A stretch of 63,146 bases of DNA, filler included, from Octopus bimaculoides (GCF_001194135.2; 5 parts of 4 records of this genome joined end to end with filler, not necessarily neighbours in it); one strand, 5' to 3'. Shown: positions 23,941 to 37,610, numbered from the whole stretch's first letter. The notes: generated from the sequence alone by a model not told the origin. Made by a program: numbers and translations.

Positions 23941-26130
23941 ATGATGAAGATGATGAAGTTCAAATTCTGTTAATGCCAACTTTGTCATTTGTCTCTCCAG
24001 GGTCTTTAGACTAAAGTTCCAGTCAACTTCTGGGATTGATTTAATTGACTAACCCCCACCTTTGAAATTTTACATCTTGTGCCGATCTTTTTCTCTTCTG
24101 TTCACAATTCTGGGCTGTCTTTTCTGCTTCCCTGAGTAAATGCTTTCCTTTCCTGATCTTTGTTTGAATTGTCATCAATGTGTCTGAAATTTATTTTTCT
24201 AAGTAGAGGTGTTGGCTCTTCACAAACCTATTTTTACTACTTGGAACCATGGTCTATATCAGTCTGGCCTCTATCTTTGACCTGTCCAGCACAAGATGCC
24301 CTACTAGGAGCTTGCACTCTGTTAGCATAGTTCTCAGGTGTATCGAGGCATACAGGCCACCACATCACAGTAAAGACTGGACCTTGTGGTGGTAGCATGC
24401 ACCATGTTTTCACTAATTGTTTTTGGTGTTTATGTCCTTACATGCAGATATCGACATCCGCTTGGTTCCCTTTCCACCCTCGACACAGTGGAACATCCAG
24501 GTGATTTACATAGCATAATAAATGGTATAACCCAGCTGCTGTTATTGTAATATTTGTCTTTGTGGTGTTCTAGTATGACCTAAACTGTAATAAGAGCCTA
24601 AATATTTCAAAGAAGGATCAAGGATACAGAGCTTAAATGTTTCAAAGAATTATTAAACTTTTCATTATTGTATTTCTGTTGAAATAAATTGCCTTTGTTT
24701 CAAATAATTTTGAAAATAACAAAGAATTTAATGTAACTGTTAAGCTGCTGCAAGGCAGCAAGCTGGCAGAATCATTAGCACTCTGGGAAAAATGTCTAGC
24801 AGCATTTCTTCTGACCTTACATTCTGAGAGTTCAAATTCTGTTGAAGTCAGCTTTGCTTTTCATCCTCTTGGGGACAGTAAATTAAGTACCAGTTAAGCT
24901 CTTGCATCCATGTAATTGACTTGCTCTCTCCTCACAAATTTCAGGCCTTGTGTCTTTAGTAGAAAGGATCATTAAGCTGCTGTATGATGGCAAACAGACA
25001 GAATCAATAATGTGTTTGACAAAAGGCTAAGGCAGCATTTCTTCAAGCTCTTTACACTCTAAGTTCAAATTCTGAACTGAACTGAAATATCAATTGAACA
25101 CTGGGTTTCATTGTCGTTGTTGTCGTCGTTGCTGTCGCCACTGCTGCCGTCATTGTTGTCCAGTGTTTTAAATCTGAGTTTTGTCCCTGTTAGCCGGGGT
25201 GGCTGGATCTATCTAAATGCCATATCAACCAAGGTAGGCAGGTGCAGCCCTCTCCAACCTTTGGGCTGGCTAATGCTCATTCTCCTTTGCTATCATGAGG
25301 CTTTTTTGGAGCTGGATTTTCTATGGGGAGCATGCTGTTGCTTACCCCCAACCTCAGTCTCTAGACATGAGTGGTCCTGAGATCAAGGCCTCTACTATGA
25401 TTTGTAAGAAATGGAAAACTAGCTCAGGAAGGCAGGTTTGCTACTCCCTGAGACCCCTTTCGGAGCCCTCCTACCCTACTCCTTTCTTGCATAGTACCAA
25501 ACTATGAAGTTGTTATCTTTCGAACATAAGTTAGCATGAAATTTTGATGGAAAGTTTTAATTTACATCCTTTTAGAAGAGAATGTTTGTATCATAGAACC
25601 AAAGGTTGTCTCAAGCAGATTGGTAATGGAAGGTTTAACCCTTAAGTATTTAAAATGGCCACATCTGGCCAAAAATATTCTGCCAGATTTAGGTTCAAAC
25701 TAGCCATATCCAGCCTCTCATGATTACCCTACAATGTCATTCTAAAAATATACAATCACAGCATTGAAATCTTGAAGCTACAAGATAATATATGATTAAT
25801 TTAAAACAATGGGAATAAATAAGCATTACGTTTGGTAGAATAATCTGAATCACCAAGAGAATTAAAGAAGCACATTTCTTTAAAAATAAATTCTATAATT
25901 GACCAACTGTGTTGTAGATGTATGATGTATGACAAAAAAGAAATGAAAAAGCAAACAATTTTGATATTGTTAAGCATGGAAATAACAATAGTGCATGTGT
26001 TTAATAGTGGTTACTATGACTCTATCAAAGACAACAATCCAGATATATATGTATATATATATATATATTAATATATTGATATATAATCTCTTGATCATCT
26101 TTTATTACTTTATTTTGTCTTATTTTCCAG

Positions 26131-26304
26131 GCTGTTAGCAAGGTCTTAGACCATTTGACCAATGTTAAAATGCATTCCCATGTTATCTTTATCAACCTTC
26201 GTAATGATGTCAGTGTTGAAATCCATGGTAAACTGTATTATGTGAGTAATACCAACGACCCAAACAAACAACCAATCTATTTTAATGAGTTATCAAATTA
26301 CAAT
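26131..26304 (+). CDS. PALD1: Paladin-like exon 12: AVSKVLDHLTNVKMHSHVIFINLRNDVSVEIHGKLYYV...NELSNYN
   Basis: ttccag/GTAAGT, 174 nt. Resembles ALGSILAYLT...VVWVSLREEAVLECDGHTY. Confidence 0.9.
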
Positions 26305-27006
26305 GTAAGTCTTGAAACTTTTTCTTTCTTCTTCTACTGCTCTCTCTTTCTTTTTCTTCTCTCTGTCTCTTTCATTTTTGTTATGGGAGAAAAGGAAAAG
26401 GATGTCTCAGTCAAAAGTCCCTTTTTTAAGAAAGTTGTTGTGGGTCACAACCATCTCGTCATCCACCCAACATGTTCAGCCAACCAAAAATTGATGCCAC
26501 TGTTTTAGTTTTTATAGACCAGTTTGCCTGAATGTGTGTTCAAGTGCCCACTCTGGTACCTCTTGAACTGCTAAAATTAGGAAATTGAAACATTTTAATC
26601 AATGGTTACCAAACAAAATAGAGAAACTGTTTTCTTTTTTTAATTTTCTTTTTATCATTTGAAATTTTGATTCTTTTCAAATTTTTAAATTTTATACATT
26701 TAGATTTAGATGGTGGCGCATTATTATAAAATACCCCTGCACCCAACTAATTACTACCACACACACACACACTCCCCCTCTTTCTCTCTCTCTCCCATAT
26801 TGATAACGACTCAATAATATTTTTTTTCTTCTCTCAGCATATAAATATATTTTTGCAAGTATATAAACCAGCTCCTTAATTCTCTCATCATTCACATTTC
26901 CCCCATGACTAATAGGACCTGTAAAAGTCTGAGCCAATATTTATTTTGTTCTTCACTAAATTTCGTTTTGATGTATTCAATGTTTTTTTTTTTTTATATC
27001 TTGTAG

Positions 27007-27054
27007 GATATAGAATCTTTATTCAATGTGGAATCATTCAGGAAACAATTGAAA
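27007..27054 (+). CDS. PALD1: Paladin-like exon 13: DIESLFNVESFRKQLK
   Basis: ttgtag/GTAAGT, 48 nt, phase 0-0. Position fits the QLETLEAQLK segment. Confidence 0.72.
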
Positions 27055-27872
27055 GTAAGTTCCATTTTAATTTACAAATGCAAATCCTTCACATTACTGT
27101 CATTATTTAGTGTCCACTTTTCCATGCTTGCATGGGTCAGATGGAATTTGTTGAGACAGAGTTTCTATAGCTGAATGCCCTTCCTGTTGATAACTCTCAC
27201 ATATTTCCAAGCCAGGTCAAACACGTTTTCACCGAAGATTGGAAACAAATAACACTGCTTGTATGACAGTGACACTCGTTTACAATTATTGCATAATGCC
27301 AAGACACAGAGATACAGACACACATATACAACAGGCTTCTTTCAGTCTCCATCTAGCAAACCTACACATAATGCTTTGTTGCCCAGGAGCTATAGTAGAA
27401 AACTCTTGCTCAAACTGTCATGCTGTGAGACTGAACCTGAAATCATGCTATTAGGAACTGAATTTCATTACCACACAGCCATACCTGTGTCTAAGGATAT
27501 CTGCACAGCTATAGCAGAAAACATTTGCCCACAGTGCTTTGCAGTGGGACTGAACCCAGAATTATGTGATTAGGCAATATATTTCTTAACCACACAGCCA
27601 TGCTTGTGCCTTTTATCTTTTATATTTTCCTTGTTTCAGTCATTTGACAGTGGCCATGCTGGGGCACCGTCTTCAAGAATTTATAGCTGAATTAATCAAC
27701 CCCAGTACTTATTGTTTGTTAAGCCTGATACTTACTCTATCAGTATCTTTTGTTGAACTGCTAAGTTACAGGGATATAAACACACCAACACTAGTCATCA
27801 AGCGATAGTGGGGGCAAACTCAGACACAAAGACACATACATACACACACACACACCTACATATATGTGTATA

Positions 27873-27924
<52 letters not shown>

Positions 27925-27934
27925 NNNNNNNNNN

Positions 27935-27967
<33 letters not shown>

Positions 27968-28290
27968 GCATTTGATGGGCTTTTTTCAGTTTCCATCAAC
28001 CAAATCTTCTTGCAAAGCTTTGGCCAGCCCACAGCTATAATAGAAGACACTTGCCATGCTGTGGGACTGAACCCAGAACCATGTGGCTGGGAAGCAAGCT
28101 TCTTACCACACAGTCACACTTGTGTCCATGTAAATTCCATTTGGTACCTTGGTTTCTTCTTTTATCTCAGCCTCTAGCTTCCTGCATTCTCAACTGCTTT
28201 TTTCAATTCACGAATCATCAATTATGTTTTTGATATTGCATGATTTTCCATTATTTTTTAAAATTATTTTTTAATTCAAATTTTTTCCAG

Positions 28291-28437
28291 TTCCACAAAG
28301 ATGTCAATAATTCAGAAACACCTGATTTGATTGAGATGATGACAACAAAAGATGTATTTAGAATGACTGAAGGCAGTTTTCCAAACCAGCTTTATTATCA
28401 TGTGCCAATACCTTTAAATTATTTATCAAATGAAAAT
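28291..28437 (+). CDS. PALD1: Paladin-like exon 14: FHKDVNNSETPDLIEMMTTKDVFRMTEGSFPNQLYYHVPIPLNYLSNEN
   Basis: ttccag/GTAAGT, 147 nt. T..DVF and YYHVPIP resemble T.QEVF and YHRIPMP. Confidence 0.88.
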
Positions 28438-28479
28438 GTAAGTAGGATTTGTGGTCATTGTTGTTGTTGCCACTGCTAA

Positions 28480-28674
28480 CCACCACCACCACTACCACCA
28501 CCACCGCAAACACCACCACAACCACAACCACAACTACCACCATTATCACCATCATCACCCATCACTTGAACCACTACCACCACCACCACCACCATCACCA
28601 CCATCGCCATCACCACCACCACTACCACCACCATCATCACCAACACTGCTATCACACCATCACTACCACCACTT

Positions 28675-28720
<46 letters not shown>

Positions 28721-28725
28721 TATTA
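28480..28725. repeat. Compound (CAC/CAT)n trinucleotide tract
   Basis: Directly read. Similar compound tracts occur at 8850-9075 and 51903-52130. Confidence 0.9.
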
Positions 28726-29183
28726 TCTTTATTTTTCTTCTCTTTCCAACTTCGTTTCCTTTTCTTGCTGAGTGTCTTCCTGACCCCTAGGGCAAAGAAA
28801 CTCACTGTATATATTGGTTGGCCATTAAAGTAAACACACCAGATTGTTCATTTACAAAGTCAAGTTATGTGATAGATAAAAAAGGACAAAAGAAAGAAAA
28901 AAGCAAAAAAGCAAAAAATAGAAAATAGAAAGAAAGGAAAAGAGAAAACAAAGAAAAAAAGAAGCACCATCTTGTAGCTCTGAGATTTCAGTAATGTGTA
29001 TATTTTTAGAATGGTGTTGTAGGGTAGGTGTGAGAGGTCAGATATGGCAGGTTTGATCATAAAAAAAACAAGAAGGATATTTGGGTCAGATATGGTCAGC
29101 TTAAATGCTAATGGGATACACTAACCACCAATTTTGCTGTTTTGGAATGCTAATTTACTTGAGATATTTTTATATTTGTCCAG

Positions 29184-29456
29184 ATATTTGATTCTTTGCT
29201 TGAAGTTTTCATCAACGTAGAGCGCAAGTACAAAGACAACAGCAACCTAAGGAAATCCATTGAAGTTTCTCATCGCTCAAGTACTGGCGCCGTTTTCAGT
29301 AAAAGCCACAGCAACAAGAATACCTGCAGAACAAGTAATAATAGCAGTGTCAGTAGCATACTTTTCAACCCTGCCTACTGTTTCTTTTGCCCCAGTGGAA
29401 TTGAACGAACCACTTTTGCCATGGCAGTGGCTTGTCTCTATATGTACCAAAAAGTT
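29184..29456 (+). CDS. PALD1: Paladin-like exon 15 with second P-loop: IFDSLLEVF...PAYCFFCPSGIERTTFAMAVACLYMYQKV
   Basis: gtccag/GTAAGT, 273 nt. CX5R (CPSGIER) is followed by TT.AM.VA. Confidence 0.92.
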
Positions 29457-29654
29457 GTAAGTACACCTAAAAGAAATCTTCTATCTGTTCACTTGTTTCA
29501 ATTATTGGATTGTGACCATCAAAGGTTTAGTTGAAAAAAATTGACCCCTATAATTACTTTTAAGAACAGAAATAAAGTTATTACTCAAATGCGTGATAAT
29601 GCTATAAATAGCGTGATCAGGATAAATTATCCATTTATTGCAGAAAAATACGCT

Positions 29655-29727
29655 ACTGGCCAGCCATGAGACTCGAACTCACATCTCTGTGATTACGTGT
29701 CAAGTGTTTTCCCATTAAACTAAACTT
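29655..29727 (-). pseudogene. tRNA-Thr(CGT)-like SINE head or tRNA pseudogene
   Basis: Minus strand tagtttaatgggaaaacacttgacaCGTaatcacagagatgtgagttcgagtctca has D-, anticodon- and T-arm-like parts, but no paired acceptor stem. Confidence 0.45.
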
Positions 29728-30775
29728 TATTTCTGTTCTTACAATACATCTCAACGTTTCTAAAAAAGAACAATCTTTGTTTACTTTCATTGTAAAGTTG
29801 AATTACTTTTAAGTTTGGTAGTTATTCTATCAGTGAAGTTGCATGGCTTACTGGTTAGGGTATTCAGCTCATGATCGTAAGATTGGCAATGTGTTGTGTC
29901 CTTGAGCAAGACACTTTATTTTTACTCAGCTGGTAAAAATGAGTCGTACCCCATTGTACTTTAATGGGCCAGCCTTGTCACATTCTGTGTTATATTGAAT
30001 CTTTCTGAGAACTATATTATTAAGTGTATGTGTGTCTGTGGAGTACTCAACCATTAGCATTGTTAATTTTATAAACAGGCTGTTTGGTCGATTGGATCAA
30101 CCAAAATGTGTTCAGTTGATTGGATCAACCGAAATGTGTGAGTATGTGTATACACACACACACACATGTGTGTATGTATACACAAACATACATTATCCAC
30201 AAAAAATAGATATATGTATGCATACATATACACACATACACATGGACAAAAGCATAGACAAGTATGCACACAATAGAGGGAGAAAGCAATGGAAAAGCCA
30301 GTTTTTTTAAAGTATTTATTCTATCAGTCTCTCTTGATGAACTGCTAGACTACAGGGATGTAAACAAACTAATACCAGTTGTCAAGTGGTGCTGGAGGAC
30401 AAACACCAAGCCATACACACATACATACATATATACATATTTATACATATGGCAGGATTCTGCACAGTTTCCATCTGATCAAATTCACTCACAGGTGAAG
30501 GTTGGTAACAGGAAGAGCATCCAGCAATAGAAAATGTATACTCTTTACTCTCTTTTACTCTTTTACTTGTTTCAGTCATTTGACTGTGGCCATGCTGGAG
30601 GACCACCTTTAGTCGAGCAAATCAACCCCAGGACTTATTCTTTGGAAGCCTAGTACTTATTCTATTGGTCTCTTTTGCCGAACCGCTAAGTTACGGGGAC
30701 GTAAACTCACCACTATCGGTTGTCAAGCGTTGTTGGGGGGACAAAAACAAACACAAACATATACACACACATATG

Positions 30776-30828
<53 letters not shown>

Positions 30829-31139
30829 TCATCATCATCATCATCATCGTTTAACGTCCGCTTTCCATGCTAGCATGGGTTGGACGATTTGACTGAGGAC
30901 TGGTGAAACCGGATGGCAACACCAGGCTCCAGTCTGATTTGGCAGAGTTTCTACAGCTGGATGCCCTTCCTAACGCCAACCACTCAGAGAGTGTAGTGGG
31001 TGCTTTTACNNNNNNNNNNNNNNNNNNNNNNNNNNNNNNNNNNNNNNNNNNNNTTAATTAATTAANNNNNNNNNNNNNNNNNNNNNNNNNNNNNNNNNNN
31101 NNNNNNNNNTTTATTAAGTAATCTATCGTAGTAGCATCT

Positions 31140-31490
31140 CCAGACCTCTTTCTTTGCAGCCTCATTTAGTGCAAGCGTACCATCATCCATGCGAACACAT
31201 TTCTCTCCTACAACATCACTATTCTCTCTCCTACAACATCACTATTCTCTCTCCTACACTGTCTTGCAACACGAAATACCTCGAGTCTTTGGTCCTCACG
31301 GCGCAGAACATTGGCAAATCTTTTCTTATCTGCTTCCCCTCTGGCTAAATAAACCAGTCGCCTAGCTTCCCTTCTGGCAGATTGGTACAATTCCCTGCTA
31401 CCACCGTTCTTCCAGTCCTTCCAAGCCTGTTTCTTTTGTCTAAATATTTTACATAATATTCTGACATTTATAGGCATTTTTATGAGCCAC
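31140..31490 (-). mobile_element. RTE LINE internal fragment
   Basis: KKQAWKDWKNGGSRELYQSARREARRLVYLARGEA...VFRVARQC. Confidence 0.7.
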
Positions 31491-31566
31491 ATTCAATATT
31501 CGCGATTTTTCACTATTCGCAGGTGGTCTAGGCATGTAACCTCCACGAGTACTAGGGGACTACTGT

Positions 31567-31599
<33 letters not shown>

Positions 31600-32049
31600 C
31601 GCACACACACACACACGCACACACACATATATGTTCAAATATACCTATGTTCATTATATATGTGTGTGTGTGTGCTTGTGTGTACATAGGTGATCTTTTT
31701 GAACCCCGAAGAAGTGAAACTATAAAATAGTATGAATGTAGCAATTTCTTTGACATTAAACAACAGGTTTTGGAGATTCCCATCAACTTATTGGTTTGAC
31801 AGAAACATATATGTAGGTTCTTCTTATGTCTTTTCTTAACTTTTTGAGCTTTCAGCTTCCAGTTTTTGTTTACTATTTTACTCTTTTTTACTTGTTTCAG
31901 TCACTTGGTTTTAAATTGAATTAATATTCAATTTATCACCCTATCTATCNNNNNNNNNNNNNNNNNNNNNNNNNNNNNNNNNNNNNNNNNNNNNNNNNNN
32001 NNNNNNNNNNNNNNNNNNNNNNNNNNNNNNNNNNNNNNNNNNNNNNNNN

Positions 32050-32095
<46 letters not shown>

Positions 32096-32250
32096 CTATG
32101 CATTTTCTTTTATTATTCTTTTACTTGTTTCAGTCGTTTGACTGTAGCCATGCTGGAGCACTGCCTTTATATGTATATATAATTAGGGATAAAATCACTT
32201 TAATGATTTTTATCAAATTACCAGCATGAAATAAAAACCATGCAACATTT

Positions 32251-32466
32251 TATACTAAATTTATAATTATATAGATAATTATATTAAAGGGTGCTGATTG
32301 ACCACACCAAGACGCTAGAAATAGATGCCAAATGGCTCTAAAAACCACCTCAATATTCCATTAGCACAAGTTGTAATCAGGCAGATAAAAAAATAAATAT
32401 TTTTTTTTGGTGTGGTCAATCCGCACCCTTTATTATAACTATCTATATAGTTATTAATTTAGTATA
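32251..32466. repeat. Foldback/MITE with about 60-bp inverted arms
   Basis: tatactaaattt...aaagggtgctgattgaccacaccaa versus ttggtgtggtcaatccgcacccttt...atttagtata. Confidence 0.8.
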
Positions 32467-34723
32467 TGTATATATGTATGTATGTATACAAAATGACTCA
32501 TTACATAACCTAAATCTCCACACTGACTCATTTCACAAGCTCCACATAATAAAACAACGGCTATCTAGTCCAACGAAAATGCTTTTTCTTGTATTTGTTG
32601 CTCCATTCTCCAAGTAAATATATATATATATATATANNNNNNNNNNNNNNNNNNNNNNNNNNNNNNNNNNNNNNNNNNNNNNNNNNNNNNNNNNNNNNNN
32701 NNNNNNNNNNNNNNNNNNNNNNNNNNNNNNNNNNNNNNNNNNNNNNNNNNNNNNNNNNNNNNNNNNNNNNNNNNNNNNNNNNNNNNNNNNNNNNNNNNNN
32801 NNNNNNNNNNNNNNNNNNNNNNNNNNNNNNNNNNNNNNNNNNNNNNNNNNNNNNNNNNNNNNNNNNNNNNNNNNNNNNNNNNNNNNNNNNNNNNNNNNNN
32901 NNNNNNNNNNNNNNNNNNNNNNNNNNNNNNNNNNNNNNNNNNNNNNNNNNNNNNNNNNNNNNNNNNNNNNNNNNNNNNNNNNNNNNNNNNNNNNNNNNNN
33001 NNNNNNNNNNNNNNNNNNNNNNNNNNNNNNNNNNNNNNNNNNNNNNNNNNNNNNNNNNNNNNNNNNNNNNNNNNNNNNNNNNNNNNNNNNNNNNNNNNNN
33101 NNNNNNNNNNNNNNNNNNNNNNNNNNNNNNNNNNNNNNNNNNNNNNNNNNNNNNNNNNNNNNNNNNNNNNNNNNNNNNNNNNNNNNNNNNNNNNNNNNNN
33201 NNNNNNNNNNNNNNNNNNNNNNNNNNNNNNNNNNNNNNNNNNNNNNNNNNNNNNNNNNNNNNNNNNNNNNNNNNNNNNNNNNNNNNNNNNNNNNNNNNNN
33301 NNNNNNNNNNNNNNNNNNNTATATATATATATATATATGTCTGTGTGTGTGTATGTATACATGGTTGCTTAGGTAATTTGAAGCTAGCATTAACATTTTT
33401 CCCAAAACCACCAACATAAATACATAATGGAATTATTGATATCATTATTTGCTCACCTGATGACAAAATTATATTCCGACTACTTCAATAATTTTCTTTA
33501 CTTTGTCTGGTTAACAATAATTTGTGAAGTCAAAATATTTCTTCAGTTTTTAAGTAATCAATGGAATATGTAACTGCAAAAAAAAATGCTTTCCTGCTTG
33601 GAGGAAGTCACCTGACTGACTGTCGCCTGCCACACCTATACTACCTTTACTTTGAGGTATACAACAAGCATTGACAATCTATACAAACTGACCTTATTTT
33701 GCTCTGCTTGATATAGTACTAAAACTACTGTGTCATATCAGATCACAAGAGATTAATACAAATTTGAACAATCCAGTGAAATAGCAAAGGCAAACAAAAT
33801 GTGTTACACAATAAACGTTATCAGTGAAGATGTTGAAGTGATTTCTATCCTGTGAGGGTAGAGATACTCATTCACTCACTATCTCCCTTATTCACTCATT
33901 CCCTTATTCACTATACCTCACTCACCACTTACTCACTCTCTCTTATTCTCTTCTCCCCTCACTCCTTACTCACTTATTCCATTACTCAATCATCATCATT
34001 TACTTACTCACTAATTCACTCGTCACCACTAAACTTATTTACTCACATATGCCCTCAGTTAACGGGCTAAGTTGATTGCATCGATGCCAGTACTCAACTT
34101 GTACTTGTTTTATTGATCCTGAAAGGATGAAAGGCAAAGTTGACCTCTACATATACATCATGTGACTGTGATCATGTGATCAACCAGACAATCACAACGG
34201 GCTTTGCATCATTTTAGCCATTGAATAATGCCACCTCACTAGTTAAGCAAGCAGGCAATTATTCCCCCGTGATTAAAAGCGAAATCGTGATGGCACCAGT
34301 ACCAGTAAATCACTAAGAGCACCGTCTGAGCGTGATCGTTGCCAGAGCACCAGCTGTTTGTCTTTAGTGCCAATGGCACGTAAATAGCACCATTTGAGCA
34401 TGACCGTTACCAACGTCACCTTCCTGACACGTGAAAAGACATTCAAGCGAGTTCGTTGCCAGTACCGCTGGTCTAGCTTCTGTGCAGGTGGCATGTAAAA
34501 TACACCATTTGAGCATGGTCGTTGCCAGTACCTCCTGACTGGCCTACGTGCTGGTGGCACGTAAAAGCACCCACTACACTCTCTGAGTGGTTGGCATTAG
34601 GAAGGGCATCCAGCTGTAGAAACTCTGCCAAATCAGATTGGAGCCTGGTGTAGCCATCTGGTTTCACCAGTCCTCAGTCAAATCGTCCAACCCATGCCAG
34701 CATGGAAAGTGGACACATTAAAC

Positions 34724-34757
<34 letters not shown>

Positions 34758-34954
34758 AAAAGGCTGAGATGGAGCAATGTGAAATGAAGCGTTTTGCTCA
34801 AGAACACAACATGCCGCCTGATCTGGGAATCGAACTTACAGTCTAGTGATTGTGAGTGCAGCACACTAAGCACTAGGCCATGTGCCATCACTTATANNNN
34901 NNNNNNNNNNNNNNNNNNNNNNNNNNNNNNNNNNNNNNNNNNNNNNNNNNNNNN

Positions 34955-34994
<40 letters not shown>

Positions 34995-35004
34995 CATATA
35001 TATA

Positions 35005-35150
35005 TATGGTATGGTCATGTGATGCATATGGATGAGGACAGCTGTGTAAAGAAATGCTGATCTCTAATAATGGAGGGAACCTGTCGTAGGGGTAGACCTA
35101 GGAAAACATGGGACGAGGTGGTGAAGCATGATCTTCAAACTTTGAGTCTC
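35005..35150 (+). mobile_element. RTE LINE 3' coding fragment
   Basis: WYGHVMHMDEDSCVKKC...GRPRKTWDEVVKHDL. Confidence 0.7.
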
Positions 35151-35358
35151 ATCACATTGTTAATACTGGTGTAGGAGACATCATTTGTAGCACTGTTGGT
35201 GCTGCTATAGTCATTGTCATTGCTGTTGGAGCTGTTTTCGGTGCTATAGTGGTGGTGCCTGTGGCAGATATCACCTCAGCTTCATGATATGCCATAAAGC
35301 TAAGCACATTATGGACATGAAACTCAGGGTAACCCCATAGACCGGCCACAGCTATCTT

Positions 35359-35430
<72 letters not shown>

Positions 35431-36169
35431 ATGTGTGCTTGCATGCTACAGCTGCTTAAAGTCACAGGTGGGCAGGGACCCCTAGGGAGTGCCGCTAGCA
35501 TGCCCACCAGAGATACTACTCCTTCTGGAAAACTTCTAGCACAGAGGTCCTACACCACCCAGTGGAAGACCTAGACCTGGGCGTATACATCAAATATCGT
35601 TAAGACATCTCTGTCAGCTCTCTGCCAAACTAAGATGGTGGAAAAGCACATCACTGAAACCCTATTTGTGGATGATGATGATGATGATGATGATGATATA
35701 TGTATACATAATCTATATGCATGGATGCATGATCTCTCTCTCTCTCTCTCTCTCTCCACACACATGCACACACTTATATATTTACAGTAGAAATTACATC
35801 TACCAGTAGATGTATGACTGCTGCTGATGTGTTTAGCGCTCCATTTATATTTTCATAATTCAGTCTACTTTCTGTAGGTAACTTCTATACTGAGTAATAT
35901 TAGCACCTCTGGGCTTCTGAGCAAATGTTGGAAAAATAAGGATAAGAAACATATATATATGTCAAGTTGCTCTTGGTAATCTACCTAGAAGGAAATCTCC
36001 GAAATAAAACCTGAGGTCTTGGAAGTTCCTGGTTTGTCAATTTTCATGTCACACTGGTGAAAGTCTTCTTGGACCAATAGGTGGGGGTAGTGCAGTGCAA
36101 ACTACACCCACTGGAAATTATTCATCTGCACAGGTACTTCATGTACACCAAATCTTAGTAAAATCATTC

Positions 36170-37610
36170 AATTGGTTGGTTGGCAGAAACCTAAAAATGC
36201 ACTTGTAACTTACTCTAAAATGTCTCAAACAGATTCAGTAAATATCAAAAAAGGCTTGGGAACATCAGGAGAACAGGTCTGGCTCGGCAGGTGTCCCTGT
36301 GTATCACAGGCTGAGCCCGATCATCATCCTGCCACTGTGGTCAAACAATCTTCAAGAAAAAGTAAAAATAAACATCCTTTTAATTTTGGCTGTTGGAATG
36401 TGTGCACACTTCTTGATGATAATTTCAACAAGAGGCCAGAAAAGCATACTGCACTTAATGACTGTGAGCTTAAGGAATATTCCTTTAATATAGTTGCGCT
36501 CTCTGAAACTTGTCTCTCTGGTGAGGGTCAAGTAAATGAACCTACTTATGGATATATTATCTTTTGGAGTGGCCTACCTGAGAGTCAGCATAGAGAATCT
36601 GGTGTTGGGTTTGCTCTCAAGAATACATTAGTATCCTCCATTGCAGAGCTTCCAAGTGATATATCTGAACGGATCATGTCATACCGTATTAAACTGACAA
36701 AAGGTAGGTTTCTTACCGTTGTCAGTATTTATCACCAACAATGTCCCATTCTGATGAAACAGTAGGACAGTTTTATGATGATCTAGCACAGTTATTGAGG
36801 AGAGTACCAATTTCTGACAAGCTGGTCATATTGGGATATTTCAATGCAAGAGTTGCAAAGAATTACGTTTCATGGCCTGTTTAAGGTTGACATGGGATTG
36901 GAAATGTAATAAAAATGGCATAGATCTTTTGATGCTTTGTACTGAGATAATCTGGTTGTTACCAACACTCTGCTTAAGCAGAAAAATAAATATAAAACCA
37001 CCTGGATGCACCTAAGATCTAAGCACTGGTATCTCAGGTTATATTCTGATTAGAAAACATGATTTGAAAGATGTTTTTAGTGTTCGGGCTATGAGAGGAG
37101 CAGAGAGCTGGACTGACCATCGTCTAGTGCGTGGAAAAATAGATTCTTCAATAATGACTAAAAATCGACATTCTGGTCCTAAGGTACTCAAAAAGTTAAA
37201 TGTTGCAAACTTTAAATTATCAAGATTCCATGATGCTATAGAAAGTATCAATCTTGACTGAAACAATCAATGGGAAAATTTCAAAACAAAAGTATTTCAG
37301 GTTATAAGTTCGTCAGTGGGATTTAAATCATGTAAGTCCAGTGACTGATTCTCAGATAGATCAGCAGAAATTCATGATCTACTTTTAGAAAAACAAAACT
37401 TAGGCAATACACTTCTTTCTCAGTCCTTGAACCCCAACACAAACGAAACTTGCAGAAAGCTTAAAAGGGAAAGTGCAGACTGCTCTAAGGAAAATGAAAC
37501 AGGAATGGTGGAATGATAGAGCAAAAGGGGCACAAGAAGCAGCTGATAGAAATGATGCCAAAGGTTTGTACTCTTATGTTAAGGAGGTATATGGCCCAAC
37601 TCCCCAATGA
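36170..37610 (+). mobile_element. RTE-clade LINE 5' fragment (APE endonuclease), decayed
   Basis: FGCWNVCTL, VALSETCLSGEG, SGVGFA, SERIMSYR, YKTTWMH and WTDHRLV motifs, with frameshifts. Confidence 0.88.

Noticed and set aside
28449-28805. Poly-His/Pro/Thr/Asp ORFs (also 8690-9080, 51784-52179)
   Set aside because: They are products of trinucleotide microsatellites in introns or intergenic DNA.
29655-29727. Functional tRNA-Thr(CGT)
   Set aside because: The acceptor stem does not pair, so it is treated as a SINE head or pseudogene.
31054-31065. TTAATTAATTAA islands inside gaps (also 48781, 52369, 55188)
   Set aside because: The same 12-mer sits centred in N runs and gives stops in all six frames, so it is an assembly spacer, not biology.
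31767-31812. Candidate paladin exon reading GFGDSHQLIGLTETY (resembles GFPEVG...)
   Set aside because: It needs phase-1 entry, but exon 15's strong donor is phase 0. Not supportable without transcripts.
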